Source: Haplodiscus bocki
Taxonomy: Eukaryota
Assembly (NCBI GenBank): GCA_965655095.1
Contig: OZ296658.1
Coordinates: 37,944,001-38,008,000, forward strand
Length of the DNA: 64,000 bases
Reading direction: 5' to 3'
Shown here: piece after piece, positions 1 through 11,171 of the stretch
How positions within the stretch are numbered: position 1 is the first letter of the stretch
Layout: the number at the start of each line of letters is the position of its first letter
Position numbers and translations under genes: made by a program
The notes under the pieces: generated by a model
Database searches by the model: none
What the model saw: the letters and a program-made list of their open reading frames with translations, nothing else
Told to the model about the DNA's origin: nothing

Positions 1-107
1 ATTTCATATCATCACTCATTTTATTTCATCTCTCAATTCTCCTTCTTCTATTCCGTGATATTTTTATATTCTCCTTATCCATTATCATCTCTATTTATAT
101 AATATGA

Positions 108-153
108 ATTACTTGAAATGATTTATACAAAACCTCAAATATCTACACCATAC
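108..153 (-). promoter_or_regulatory. 46-bp repeated putative viral promoter module, copy 1
   Basis: attacttgaaatgatttatacaaaacctcaaatatctacaccatac; 39/46 identical to 11362-11407; on minus strand followed after 10 nt by TAAATA. Confidence 0.5.
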
Positions 154-451
154 TAGATAACGTATCACGAGGTTTAATTCCAATATTATAATTAGGAGTT
201 ATAATGAAATCATTTATATCAATATAATCGTGATAATCATCTTCGTATTCATTATCAATGATTTTATTTGCATCTCTAGTTTTAATAATAGTATAATACA
301 AATCATGATAATTTATATTCGTACTTTTAACCTCTGCTTTGGTCTGCAAAAATTCCATTAGAAGTAATATTTCGTGATAAATTTGACCAACACCTTTAGC
401 GTTTTTAGAAAAAGGATCTATATTATTGCTTTGAAAAATTTTATTTTTCAT
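143..451 (-). CDS. Polinton hypothetical protein
   Basis: 102-aa ORF, ATGA overlap with upstream ORF, same composition as the viral block; no recognisable motif. Confidence 0.55.
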   Translation of the reverse strand: MKNKIFQSNNIDPFSKNAKGVGQIYHEILLLMEFLQTKAEVKSTNINYHDLYYTIIKTRDANKIIDNEYEDDYHDYIDINDFIITPNYNIGIKPRDTLSSMV

Positions 452-990
452 TTCTTTATATAATCACTAATGTTTTTATAAAATTTTCGTTTTATTCTTC
501 CTTTTAATTGTTGTAATTTATCAATCACATTATCTAATGATAAATAGGCTATATTTACATTTATTTCTCTTATCTTTTTAATAGAATAGTTTAATCTACT
601 TGAAAAATCATGATCTTGTCTAAGAATTTTTTTATTAATCTGATGTTTCTGTTTATTGATAATATATTCACAATTAGTGCAATAATAACCTTTATCAAAT
701 TCTAACCAATTATTTCGTTTGCAGGATGGACAATTTGGCAAATCAGATTTTTGTTGTTGAATAATTGGTTGCTTATTTTTCTTTTTAGGATAATTTTTAA
801 CTATTAATTGATTATTATCATTCCTGATTACTTTTTGTTTTGTTCGTATTTTAGTGTTATTTTTAACTTGATATTGGTTTGTGAGAGATTTAGGTGGGTC
901 TCTTCTGCGTAATATTATATTTTCAGTAGGATGAATTTTATATCGATGATCCTTTACTTCAGCGTAATATTCTCCGTTTAGATATTTCAT
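448..990 (-). CDS. Polinton Zn-ribbon protein (paralog A)
   Basis: CPSC-x13-CTNC followed by NKQKH...FSSRLNY..KI; TAAATG start. Confidence 0.65.
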   Translation of the reverse strand: MKYLNGEYYAEVKDHRYKIHPTENIILRRRDPPKSLTNQYQVKNNTKIRTKQKVIRNDNNQLIVKNYPKKKNKQPIIQQQKSDLPNCPSCKRNNWLEFDKGYYCTNCEYIINKQKHQINKKILRQDHDFSSRLNYSIKKIREINVNIAYLSLDNVIDKLQQLKGRIKRKFYKNISDYIKK

Positions 991-1135
991 TTAAAAAAAA
1001 TATTCATATATGAATACATGTATTCGTATATGAGTAATTATGTGATATCAATATTATATCTGCAAATACTTCTCATAAAATCATAGTAATTTATATTTTC
1101 ATAATAAGATCTATCGTAATAACAAATGAATTTCA

Positions 1136-1558
1136 TTAATCTAACACTATCATGACCAATTTTATAAATACCACTTGATGTTCGTGACCAATAATTTTGT
1201 TCGAAATCAGGATTTTTTTTATCATATCTTTATATATCTCTATTAAGATATTGTTTATTTTTAATTTCTTATTTTTTAATGTTGATAAAACTTTGTATAT
1301 TTCATCATAATCATCATCTTCATATATTTTATATAAATCTACACATAGAGAAAATATTTTCACTTCTGCATATTTTAATCGGTTTATAAAATTAATTTTT
1401 TTTCTTTGTAATTTACTGAGTTCGTGTTTGCGTTTGTTTACGTTGAATCCACATGAGAAGCAATTAAATTCATATTCGTATGGTAGTAAAGTTTTTCTAT
1501 TGCAGTGGAGACATTCTTTAGCATATTTTTCAATTATTTGATCTTCAGTTAATTCCAT
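1136..1558 (-). CDS. Polinton Zn-ribbon protein (paralog B), probable frameshift near 3' end
   Basis: CLHC-x13-CFSC then NKRKH...FINRLKY..KI aligns by eye with 448-990; TAAATG start; an alternative frame continues to ~1040 after the T-run near 1215. Confidence 0.6.
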   Translation of the reverse strand: MELTEDQIIEKYAKECLHCNRKTLLPYEYEFNCFSCGFNVNKRKHELSKLQRKKINFINRLKYAEVKIFSLCVDLYKIYEDDDYDEIYKVLSTLKNKKLKINNILIEIYKDMIKKILISNKIIGHEHQVVFIKLVMIVLD

Positions 1559-1573
1559 TTATTAGGTTTTATA

Positions 1574-2428
1574 TTATTGAATTAAATTCAGTTCTTTCAT
1601 AACTTGATTGTTTTCTTCAAGAGATAGTTTAGTAGGTAAAAGCAGGTTTTGATTTTATCTCTCAGGTAAATAATTGATTCTATATGAGGGTATAGTATCG
1701 TGAATGACTTCAGTTATAGTATATAATTTATATGACCAATTTGTTGAATCACCTTTACTGAAGACTCGTTTAATATCAGCGGTTCTAACTAATTGTCCGA
1801 GTTTATATTTTGGTGCTTGTTTAACTCTTTGATCTTGAAGATTGGAATAGACTAAGTTTTCATTTACCTTTTTAGAAGCCTGATTGGGAGTCATTTTCGT
1901 TGAATGACGAATAGTATTATTATACTTTTTAATAATAGGTGATAATTCATTTATCCATGAAGCTTCACCAGCTAAAAATATTGGCTTTTTCGAAAAATTA
2001 CGTATAGTTCTATTAAATCGTTCTGCAAAAACAGCTCCTTTATCAGTATAGCGAGAATATCTTTTAATGTTATGATTGTTTAAAATTTCACTGAAAATTT
2101 TATTAACATATTCCTTACCATCATCGGTTTCGAGGAGAATTGGTTTACGTCTAGATGTTTTAATAATTTGAGAAAATGCACCAGTTAATGATTGTGCGTA
2201 TTTATTCTTCAGAGGTATTGTCCATCCAAATTTACTGAAAATATCAATCACTACTAAAATATATCTATAATCTTTATTATTTTTAATACCATAATCCTTC
2301 ATATCTAATAAATCTGAGGACCAGGTATCATCAATAGATTTGATTATTGTCTTAATAGTTGGATAATTTCTCTTTGGAGCTTTACTATAAATTTCATTGA
2401 TGAATATCGTTGTTAAGTCCTTCTTCAT
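1574..2428 (-). pseudogene. Polinton retroviral-like (rve, DDE) integrase, premature stop at 1655-1657
   Basis: DDTWSSDLLD, YILVVIDIFSKFGW, ETDDGKEY, AERFNRTIR, FSKG..TNWS motifs; frame continues past TAA (ER*NQNLLLPT...) to stop at 1574. Confidence 0.93.
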
Positions 2429-3005
2429 TTATTTTCAAAATTTGATAAGCTTTAATGAATTGAAGTTGATAATCTAGGAAATTGAATTTTGTTCCCTTTT
2501 TCTGATGATCGTGTTTGAGTAAGGGTTGTGTATTTTTCCAGGAGAATGCTTCTATTAATTCTTCATCTTTGGATACATCAAACAAACTAATTGCTTTAAG
2601 GTGATCGATTTCAATATTCGACCAAATCATTTCTGGAGTCAACTGATACTCAATCCATTTTCGATAAAGATCAATGTCTATACCTAAAATATCTCTAGTT
2701 GAAGAAAATTTCGATTTACCTTTTAGAGCATGATGAATTCTTCGTCTTGTATTACAAATTAAACGAAAATTAACATCCGTTTTTCTTCTGTTTTTTCGAG
2801 ATTCATAAATTTTAATCTTGTTGTTTTGAAAATAATTTTTGTTATAAAGGTTGATTTTATCTTTATTATTAGTTTGATATTATTTCCTTATCAATTTAAT
2901 ACAATCACGACATTGATTTCTATATTTCAGTGTGTCTCTTCTAATATTGAATTCAGATAATTCTTTTTCATTTTTACACTTAGAGCATTTCTTCATATCA
3001 TCCAT
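2394..3005 (-). pseudogene. HNH/endonuclease VII-like nuclease of the type common in NCLDVs, one internal stop
   Basis: Hand translation MDDMKKCSKC...CRDC...RRRIHHALKGK...ILGIDIDLYRKWIEYQLTPEMIWSNIEIDHLKAISLFDVS...AFSWKNTQPL...QKKG; 204 codons in one frame with TAA at 2880-2882. Confidence 0.75.
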
Positions 3006-3035
3006 TTTATTATAATCGCTTTATTTCAAATAATT

Positions 3036-3464
3036 TCACATCACTTTTAAAAGAAGGCCTCGTCCATGCATATCGGTTAGTGATAGAATCTTTCCACCAG
3101 TCAATGATTTTAAAATACTATTTGTAACTTTAGCTGACTGAGGAGTTTTTGTTTTTGCAGCAACATCGGCTGATATCAGTGGTGTAGCCATTTTCAAACC
3201 AGGTTTAATAAAGCTATCCCAAGCTTTTTTCGTTCCTGTGAAAATTTTTTGTAGTTTTGATTTAATCGATCCTCCTTCGAGCATATATTGATGTGGTGTG
3301 AAGGTAATAAATTTTTGACATCCACACTTTGGATTAGGACATTTGTCATGTAGTTTTAAAATATTGCCTTTACTATTTAAATCAGTCCATGCTGAATTTG
3401 ACATAGATGAACAGTGATTTTTACTACATTTTCATCTTTTAATAAAATCTTCTCCTCTAGTCAT
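3036..3464 (-). pseudogene. Basic Polinton virion core-like protein with adenain-type cleavage motifs
   Basis: True start probably TAAATG at 3464 (MTRGEDFIKR*KCSKNHCSSMSNSAW..., in-frame TGA); contains LEGG, LTGG, MHGRG. Confidence 0.55.
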
Positions 3465-3623
3465 TTACTTAGTAAAAATTTTTGATTTAATACGACCGCA
3501 AATATCAGAACTATCTTTTATAATTTTAACTAGTTTTTTAGTCTTCGGATTGACTTTTTCATATTGAGTGATATTATTAGTATTAGAATAATGCTTTCCA
3601 CCAACACACCATGTTTTTGTCAT
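3465..3623 (-). CDS. Small Zn-ribbon-like Polinton protein (52 aa, below ORF-track cutoff)
   Basis: MTKTWCVGGKHYSNT...SDICGRIKSKIFTK*; TAAATG start; its stop abuts the next ATG. Confidence 0.55.
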   Translation of the reverse strand: MTKTWCVGGKHYSNTNNITQYEKVNPKTKKLVKIIKDSSDICGRIKSKIFTK

Positions 3624-3729
3624 TTATATACTTAAAGTTATTCATAATACGGAGGAGCACTCGGTTGATAATCAATTTTTGATTTCTTTCTAGGTTTAAA
3701 CAAAATAATTTTGATATTTATATTTATAT

Positions 3730-4345
3730 TCACATTATCTTTGCTAAAAAATTATTTAATTTAGTTATGTGTTCTGGTGAAATAGAATCTTTACTTATTA
3801 CATCGCCAAAAATATCTTCTGCTTTAAATTTAGTTGAATTCATAATTCCTTTTCGTTTATCAACATAATGATTATATATCTTTTTTAATTCTTGAGCTTC
3901 TTTTTCATCAATTTTTTTTATCAATCATAGATTGATTTAATGTTTTATCATAGAGAATTGAAATAAAATTTATCCAATCTCTTAGTTTTGTATAACGCAA
4001 TTTTAATTTACTAATATATTCGTTTGTGATTAATATAGCAAGAGATGTAAATAGAGCTGAACAACTCGTTATGGGTATTCCTATAGATGGATTAATAAGT
4101 GAAAAACTAGTAGATGTTATAGCCGATGTAGATCCAACCAAAATTTCAGTAATAATTAACAATATTTTCTTTTTATTCAAATTTTTGTATTTTTTCTTAT
4201 AATATTCATTATCACTTTTAAATGACTTTAATATATTCTCAAAATCATGTTTTTCTGTTTGATATTTTAAATTTTTAATTTCATCATCTCTCGTTTTTAA
4301 TTTCAATATTTCTGGTTCGTTCTTTAAATCAGGATATGTCGTCAT
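3730..4345 (-). pseudogene. Polinton coiled-coil plus two-TM membrane protein, frameshifted
   Basis: ORFs 3908-4345 and 3730-3924 join across a T-run at ~3911-3919; two hydrophobic segments ILLIITEILVGS... and IGIPITSCSALFTSLAILI. Confidence 0.65.
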
Positions 4346-4348
4346 TTA

Positions 4349-4567
4349 TTAATCAGAAAATTCTTTTTCTAACAAATCCATTGCAGCAACTTCTTTTAAT
4401 ATTCTCTGTCTATGTAATTTCTCTAAAGCAATATTTCTTATAATTTCTATTTCATTATCAGTAAATTTAGATTGTTTTAATATATCTGAATCTGTTAGAG
4501 ATAATAAAAATATTAACGATCGTTCATGTCTAATATCTTCAAACAAATTTGAAAAACACGCTTCCAT
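4349..4567 (-). CDS. Polinton small hypothetical protein
   Basis: 72-aa ORF, TAAATG start; resembles upstream ORF 4568-4810. Confidence 0.55.
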   Translation of the reverse strand: MEACFSNLFEDIRHERSLIFLLSLTDSDILKQSKFTDNEIEIIRNIALEKLHRQRILKEVAAMDLLEKEFSD

Positions 4568-4810
4568 TTACTTATTCAAAATCTTTTCTATAATTGATTC
4601 TTCTTCATTTTTAATATAATCTAAGTAATCTTCACATTCTTCTAATAAAATATTTTAAAACTCTAAATTTAAGCCATTAATATCATTTTTACTAAAGCCT
4701 ATTTCTTTTAATAAATTTTTATCATTTTGAATTAAATATATTAATAATACTAATTTTCTATAATCAGGTAAAGATTTGAATACATCTTTAAAATAATTTG
4801 AGTTATTCAT
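4568..4810 (-). pseudogene. Polinton small hypothetical protein, one internal stop
   Basis: MNNSNYFKDVFKSLPDYRKLVLLIYLIQNDKNLLKEIGFSKNDINGLNLEF*NILLEE...ILNK*; TAAATG start; stop abuts next ATG. Confidence 0.5.
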
Positions 4811-4858
4811 TTAAAATTTATTATTCAAACAAGTGTAATTATACAATCATATATGTTT

Positions 4859-6187
4859 TCAATCAGGTGATTGTGTTATCGTTATATTACTAAAACACAT
4901 ATCAGCATGAGCACTATCAATTTGATCTTATATGATTTTAACTCCATATTTCTCGTCAGTAATATTTAAATTTAATATAGTCCAATCTGTTGCTGCATTA
5001 CTAAATTGAGTATTTTTAGCTATAACGAATTTAGTTAACCAAACGTTATCTTTTGTTAATATTTGTATTCTAAATCGACCCATTGCTCTTAAATCACCTT
5101 GTATTGAAAATCTATTATAGTAAATTGTAATATTGGATATCTGAATTATATCAATTCTCTCCCAACTACAAAAAACATTAGCTCCAAAATTATTATTACT
5201 AGTTTCTATATACATATAAGGATTACCTATAGGAGGAGGTATTGAAGCTCCAGAATTGTTTGTTGGTGAGCTTGTTTTTGTTGATCGTATGAAGTTCTGT
5301 ATTTTACCATTGTTATTTCTATCATTACAAAATTTTCGCCAACTAGGTAATAGGTGCCCTCCATTATTTGAGTTTTTCATTAAAGTTGTATCCGTTAATA
5401 GTATTTTATTATATATCTGAAGATTATAAGTTAAATTGTTAAGATTAATTTTCAAATATTTATCATTTGAATCATCATTTAATCTGACTATTGTATCTTC
5501 GTCTAGTTGGTCATCGACATCATTTTTGTTACAAACATGATTGTTATCTGTTGGAGTGTTATTAATAGTGATTGAATTTATATTTGTTAATTTGTTATCG
5601 TTGAAATCATTATCTTGATTATTTTTTACTAATTCATTTGATTCATTATAAAAATCAATACCTAAATCTCGTCTTGATCGTTCATTTTTTTGATGAAATT
5701 GATCAACATAAGCCTTTGTTATTACTTGATTATCATTAACTGCCTGAGTATTTAAAGTAATACTATTAATATTTGTTAAGTTATTATTGTTAAAATCGTT
5801 ATCTTTGTTATTTCTAACTAATGATGGTTCGGCTATAGAACTGTCGACATACAGCTTGGCTGATAAATGAGAATCTATTTGAGGTAATTGATTGACTGAC
5901 AAAAATCTGCAATTAGTAATAATTCTATCATTCAAATCTATATGAGCGTTGTTTTTTACTATACTAGAATCGTTAAATAAGTTATCAACGTAATTTTTTG
6001 AAGCTGCTTCTCGTATGCTGATAGGATCGAGCAAAATTTTAATTCTAAATTGATTTTTTAAGTCTATGTCTTCTTCATTATTAGCTTCTATATAATTAGC
6101 TCTCAAATATGGCTTTTGTACAAACAGACTTGTATCAATTTTATTATCAGAATTATTTGAAGAGTTTCGAAATACGTTAATAGGCAT
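4859..6187 (-). pseudogene. Fibre/spike-like protein: K-x-YVD repeats plus C-terminal MAM-like domain; premature stop at 4928-4930
   Basis: Four ~38-aa repeats ending ASKNYVD/SAKLYVD/ITKAYVD/CNKNDVD; head with GNPYMYIETS and, past the stop, ADMCFSNITIT. Confidence 0.6.
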
Positions 6188-6193
6188 ATTTAT

Positions 6194-6592
6194 TTAATCA
6201 AAATACATTTTGAGAATTGTAACATAATAATTCAATCTCTCAATCAGATAAAAAAAGTATAGACAATAACTACCACATAATTTTGAATTTATGTCTTGTA
6301 TTTTATAATTATGATATATTATTGGTTTAGGTAATTGATTTAACAGAAATTTATCAGGAGCTCCTCCAAAACTATCAAAATAATAGGATTTGTTATCTTT
6401 AACATAGAAAGCACACCAATGAGTACCTCCTCGAGATCCATTGTCTATATTAACAAATCCTTTATCAGAATATAATTCACTATCTCTGGGGTATATAGGA
6501 TAATTGTTAATTTTCTGTAATTCTGATTCATTCATAGTATCATTTTTTAATTTATATTTTTTCATAAAATCTTTAAAATTTAAAAGTTTCAT
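6194..6592 (-). CDS. Adenain-like cysteine maturation protease
   Basis: GTHW, YYFDSFG, IQDINSKLCGSYC give the His-Asp-Gln-Cys catalytic set; ORF intact. Confidence 0.92.
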   Translation of the reverse strand: MKLLNFKDFMKKYKLKNDTMNESELQKINNYPIYPRDSELYSDKGFVNIDNGSRGGTHWCAFYVKDNKSYYFDSFGGAPDKFLLNQLPKPIIYHNYKIQDINSKLCGSYCLYFFYLIERLNYYVTILKMYFD

Positions 6593-6607
6593 TTATTATT
6601 CATATAT

Positions 6608-7909
6608 TTACACTACTTCAACACTAATATTTTTATTACCATCAGAAATAATTTTAATTTCTCTATGTTTTATTAAGATTACATATAAAACGGTATTAGA
6701 TGAATTGGGATCATATTCCTCAAAAAATCTAATTTTCTATGGAGATATATGGTCTGCTTGAAATCTTAGATCAATTATTTGAATAGGATAATAGTTTTTC
6801 ATTTTATCGTATGATATAAAAGGAGATAATAAATGATCACCAACATATTCTTTGTAAAATAGTTTTAAATCTTTGTATTGTTCAAGATACTTGTTTTCTT
6901 CAAAATTAACCATGACAGGAATTTTTGGGTATCTAATTCCATTTTTTTCTGAATAATATTTTCTTACGTCAACATGATCGAAAATAGCATTATTGAATCT
7001 ATTGTTAGAAAGATTATTTGCTGGGTTAGCAGGATCGGGTCTCTGTGTTTTCTGATGTGCTGCTATGAGATATAGTGGACTGTTTATATTTGATGCTGAT
7101 GATAAATCTAGTTGAAATTCTCTTCCTGTATCAATTGGTTTTCTATCTGTAGTCCAAGATTCATATGATAAGGTAAAAGTTTGTGAAATGGCTTCATTAA
7201 AACTTACTTGTGTTTCAAGCGATGGTATTAATTGAGGAATAAACAAACTTATGCTATTAATAGCGACATTAACATCATCATCGTCTAGTGTTGTGTACAG
7301 AATATCTCGTTTTCTATATGATGTTCGTAAATCTAATTCAAAGCCAAGTCCTTTTGTTATTTTTTTAAACGATCTTGCAAATCCAAATATATATTCTAAA
7401 GGAAGGTGACCTCGTACAAGACCTCTATTAGCTTCAGTATGATTATCAATGAGTATCTTTTTCAAGGATGTATTATTGATTTTGTCCTCACTTTCATCAA
7501 TTATATCGAAATATGTAGATAAATCACCACCTTTTTCTGTTACTAATCTCATAATGGTTGAAATAGGGCCAACATATTTGTTTTGATCAATCTCTACTCC
7601 TGCTGATGTTGATATTCTAGCATCATGAATTGTGTAAGCAAAAGCGTTATTAACTAATCTAATAATATCATTTCCAGGAGCTACAATGGTGAAAGGATTT
7701 CCATCATCTCTTCTAATTCTTATATCAAATTCCAAATAACCATTACCTACTTGAATAAAATTATAATTTTCACCGAAAGAGAATTTAATTTGTGAAATTT
7801 CAGCATCAACATTAGCTCCGGATTGATGATAAATTTTTATGAAATCTCGTTTTATGATTGAATCATCAATTTTCTCATCATCTATCAATTGAAAGTCGTT
7901 AGCACTCAT
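6608..7909 (-). pseudogene. Major capsid protein (double jelly-roll), premature stop at 6737-6739
   Basis: ~433 codons; GYLEFDI, LVNNAFAYTIHDARI, LPLEYIFGF, NGIRYP, IIDLRFQ pattern typical of Polinton MCP; frame continues after TAG to 6608. Confidence 0.82.
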
Positions 7910-7926
7910 TTATTAGATATAGAATC

Positions 7927-8073
7927 TCACTTATAAACAATAAATCCATTTCCAGATAATAATTTATCTTTGAGACTTTGTAAATTTTTAGGTAAATTGG
8001 TAGATTTAATATCTTTTCGTATTTGAATTTGTAATTTAATTTTATATTCAGGATTATATCTCGTTTTTGTCAT
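7927..8073 (-). CDS. Small basic protein (48 aa) with LSGNG adenain-type motif
   Basis: MTKTRYNPEYKIKLQ...DKLLSGNGFIVYK*; TAAATG start; lies between penton and MCP. Confidence 0.45.
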   Translation of the reverse strand: MTKTRYNPEYKIKLQIQIRKDIKSTNLPKNLQSLKDKLLSGNGFIVYK

Positions 8074-8083
8074 TTAATAGGTA

Positions 8084-8868
8084 TTAAACTTCCTTGATAG
8101 ATAATCTGAAAATTACTGATTGTCCATTGAATGATACTAATTCATTGTTTTCATTTTTTAATTTAAAATTAATACTTGAAATAAAATCGTTAGTGTGTAG
8201 CATATACCATAGAATACCTCCACGGAAGTTATGAATATATTTATAACCAGGATCAACATCCATTGTAAAATTAAAGATTATTCCAGATCTTCTCCCTTTG
8301 AAAATCATACCTGAGCAATATTGGTTTCAATGAAAATATTATCAAATGATAAAATTTCAACTGGATTATCAGATAGATTATATTCATCATATATTGTTTT
8401 TTTATTAAAACCTAGTAGAAATCCAATACTATCACTCGGTTTGAATGAAATTGCAGATTCTTCATTTGATATCTCTACAATGCTTCCCAGCGTACTGAAA
8501 TTCGGTTTGATAACGAATGGATAAGTGTCTTCGGTAAAATGCTCATCATTAATAATAATCCTTTTAATCTCATCATTCAAACTTTCTATTTCGTAAGCGC
8601 CAGGAGGTATTGTAATCATTATATAATGATCATCGTCAGTGATTGATTTGGTGAAATGAAATTTGTGATTTGAATTGGTAACATTGAAAATACCATTATA
8701 AGCAGATAGAAACGTTACTGCTATTTTAAATTGTTTATTATTTGTCTGTAATGGTTGAAACAAATGCTCTTCGTGAGTACTTTTATCCATAATAATTAAC
8801 AAATGCTCTTCTATTTTAGGTCTTGTATTAAATGCTATTTGTTCTAATAACTTACTAGGTAATTCCAT
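8084..8868 (-). pseudogene. Minor capsid (penton-like, single jelly-roll) protein, frameshifted at ~8308
   Basis: ITIPPGAYEIESLN, LLGF, NIFIETNIAQ|GMIFKGRRSGIIFNF.MDVDPGYK, ISSINFKLKNENNELVSFNGQ: Polinton penton pattern over two ORFs. Confidence 0.82.
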
Positions 8869-8871
8869 TTA

Positions 8872-9713
8872 TTATGTTTGAAATTTGTCAAGAGCATTTT
8901 TATATTGTTGCTCATTTTGAATTTCTCTCCGCTTGTATAATTCATCAATTAATGCACTAGTTTCTGTAAGAATATCTGTATGACCAGACAATTTTAAGCC
9001 GAGTAGCATTTCTAATCTAGTGTAAATATCAATTATGTTAAATGGAATTATGATTTTTATTCTTTCTCCTCGTAAATCATCAGAGTTGTCTGTAATTTCA
9101 TCAAAAGTTTCATTTTGAATATCCTCAACTAGCTTCGGAAGTTTTTTAGCGAAAAAGGTTTTTCGTTTTGAATCTCGATCTCCTGTTCCATTATATCCTA
9201 AATCTCTTATAATATTATACATCTTTAAAATACATTTTCGTCTTTCATAGTATTTCTTGTGTATGTTGTATAAGTTAAAGCTTTATATATTTCTGGAGTT
9301 AATTCGTAAACATTTTTCTTTATTTTTATTGTATCACCTTCTGATATTTGAATGGGAACAACTAAAATATTAGCTCTACCTAATTCATCTTGAGTAATTT
9401 TTAGAGAATTACGACTATTCATTAATGATCCTATCATTTGTCTCATAGAATTACTAAAATTAGAACTATTTGGTAAAGCTTTTATATCAACCTTAGAATT
9501 TGTTTCTTTAATAACTTCACCTATTTCCTTAGTACTCTCATTAATAGTATCTAATTTTTTAGTTACAGGTGATAAATTTTCTGCTAATTTAACATCGTGA
9601 GTTTGTTTTAATATTCTATTTTTAATTTTAAGAGCTCGTTCATTTTTCTGTTGATTTGCTAATTTACGAAGATTAATTAAATCTTGTTCTGTTACTTTAG
9701 AATAAATACTCAT
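8872..9713 (-). pseudogene. Conserved Polinton protein, split by frameshift at ~9225
   Basis: ORFs 9225-9713 (LSPVTKKL, YELTPEIYKAL) and 8872-9222 (RLEMLLGLKLSGHTD...LIDELY) match N- and C-terminal patterns of one Polinton family. Confidence 0.6.
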
Positions 9714-9766
9714 TTATAAGACTCAAAAATAAAATATCTACTCATATAATTGTATGTATTCAAATT

Positions 9767-10491
9767 TTAAAAAGGACTCGTATTAGGAACAAATATACTA
9801 TTTAATCCTAATCTGTATCGGCCCTGATACTTATCTTTAGTCATATCAAAAGTAACTGGTTGATATTTTTCATTCCAGTAAGTACTAGTTATTAATTTGA
9901 ATTCATTCAGGGTCATATCCATAGAATTTTTACCTTCATAAAGATTTAATACATCTCTGAAATTGTTTGGTTTGAATATATGAAAGATATTACCATTACA
10001 ACGTATTGTTTTTTATTTAATTCATAGTAATCTTGACTTATTATAAAAGTAGATAAATTATTATGTCTAGATCTCTTAAACCTTGCTTGAAGTCTAGGAT
10101 CATCCATTTCTTTTTGATTTAAGTCATCTAAGATAATGATACTATTATTTTCATATTCTTGAGGAAATTTCAATTCTTCAATATTATCAAATGTTTCTAT
10201 TTCAGTATCTGATTTTTCAAAATCTTTATTATTAACTATCTCTTCAATAACCACATCAATATCTTCTTCATTGAGAATATTTGGGGTTATTTTGATTGAT
10301 ATATAATTACTAAAACATTTAATTAATTTTTGATATAAATCTTGATGAAGACTTGGTGAATAGATGTAAATTTTATCGTATTCGTTAATGATATTTAAAA
10401 TTAAATTTGTTAAGAAATAGCTTTTGCCGCATTCTGATGGTCCGCATATTATACATCTAACTGGATGAGTTGGATAAAGAATCTTCTCCAT
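9767..10491 (-). pseudogene. A32/FtsK-like DNA packaging ATPase, frameshift at ~10010
   Basis: Walker A GPSECGKS, Walker B IIILDD, RSRHNNLSTFIISQ; alternative frame continues KTIRCNGNIFHIFK...RYRLGL to 9767. Confidence 0.92.
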
Positions 10492-10527
10492 TTATATTTG
10501 ACAAATAAGTATAAGTACTTGAATATT

Positions 10528-10719
10528 TTATTTTTTATTGAACAAAGGTTTAATTACAGTATACCCCATAAAGGATATTAAACATACTAAAGACAATCCA
10601 CAAGGTATTATTGTAATTAAAGGTATTACTATCTCAATATTATTATCATTATCTGTACAATTTGATGTTAAAGTATTATTATAATAATCAATAATATCTG
10701 TAACGTTTGATATATTCAT
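10528..10719 (-). CDS. Small single-pass membrane protein
   Basis: N-terminal NxS/T sequons (NIS, NVT, NNT, NCT), hydrophobic segment, basic tail; TAAATG start. Confidence 0.5.
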   Translation of the reverse strand: MNISNVTDIIDYYNNTLTSNCTDNDNNIEIVIPLITIIPCGLSLVCLISFMGYTVIKPLFNKK

Positions 10720-11163
10720 TTACTTAATAGTAAATAATCACATTGTCTTGTAATAGGATGATTATCTTTAATATTAAGAGATTTTATTAGATTTGGATTT
10801 TTAATAATAACCATATTTATACGTCTCTCAAGCATAGACATAGGAGAATTCATATAAGATTTATATGTCATATTACACCTACAACTAATCATACTAATTT
10901 CCATATCTACAACTATCTATATAAAATATTAAATAATTCTTTATATTGATATAATCAGTGTTGAAATGTTGATTGATTTCTATTTTAGCAAAAATATTAT
11001 TTTTAAATTGGCAATCAATACAGTAAAATACAAATTTCTGATTATTAATATCGATAAATTTTTCGAAAATATGGTCAATTTCATCGATGTTAATGTTTTT
11101 AATAATATGTTTTGTATATAGACATTTAGCATTTTTTATGCAACTATTACAAATCTGTGTCAT
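10716..11163 (-). pseudogene. Polinton hypothetical protein(s), probably one frameshifted gene
   Basis: Overlapping ORFs 10894-11163 and 10716-10904 (PMSMLERRINMVIIKNPNLIKSL...HPI). Confidence 0.45.
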
Positions 11164-11171
11164 ATTTTTAT

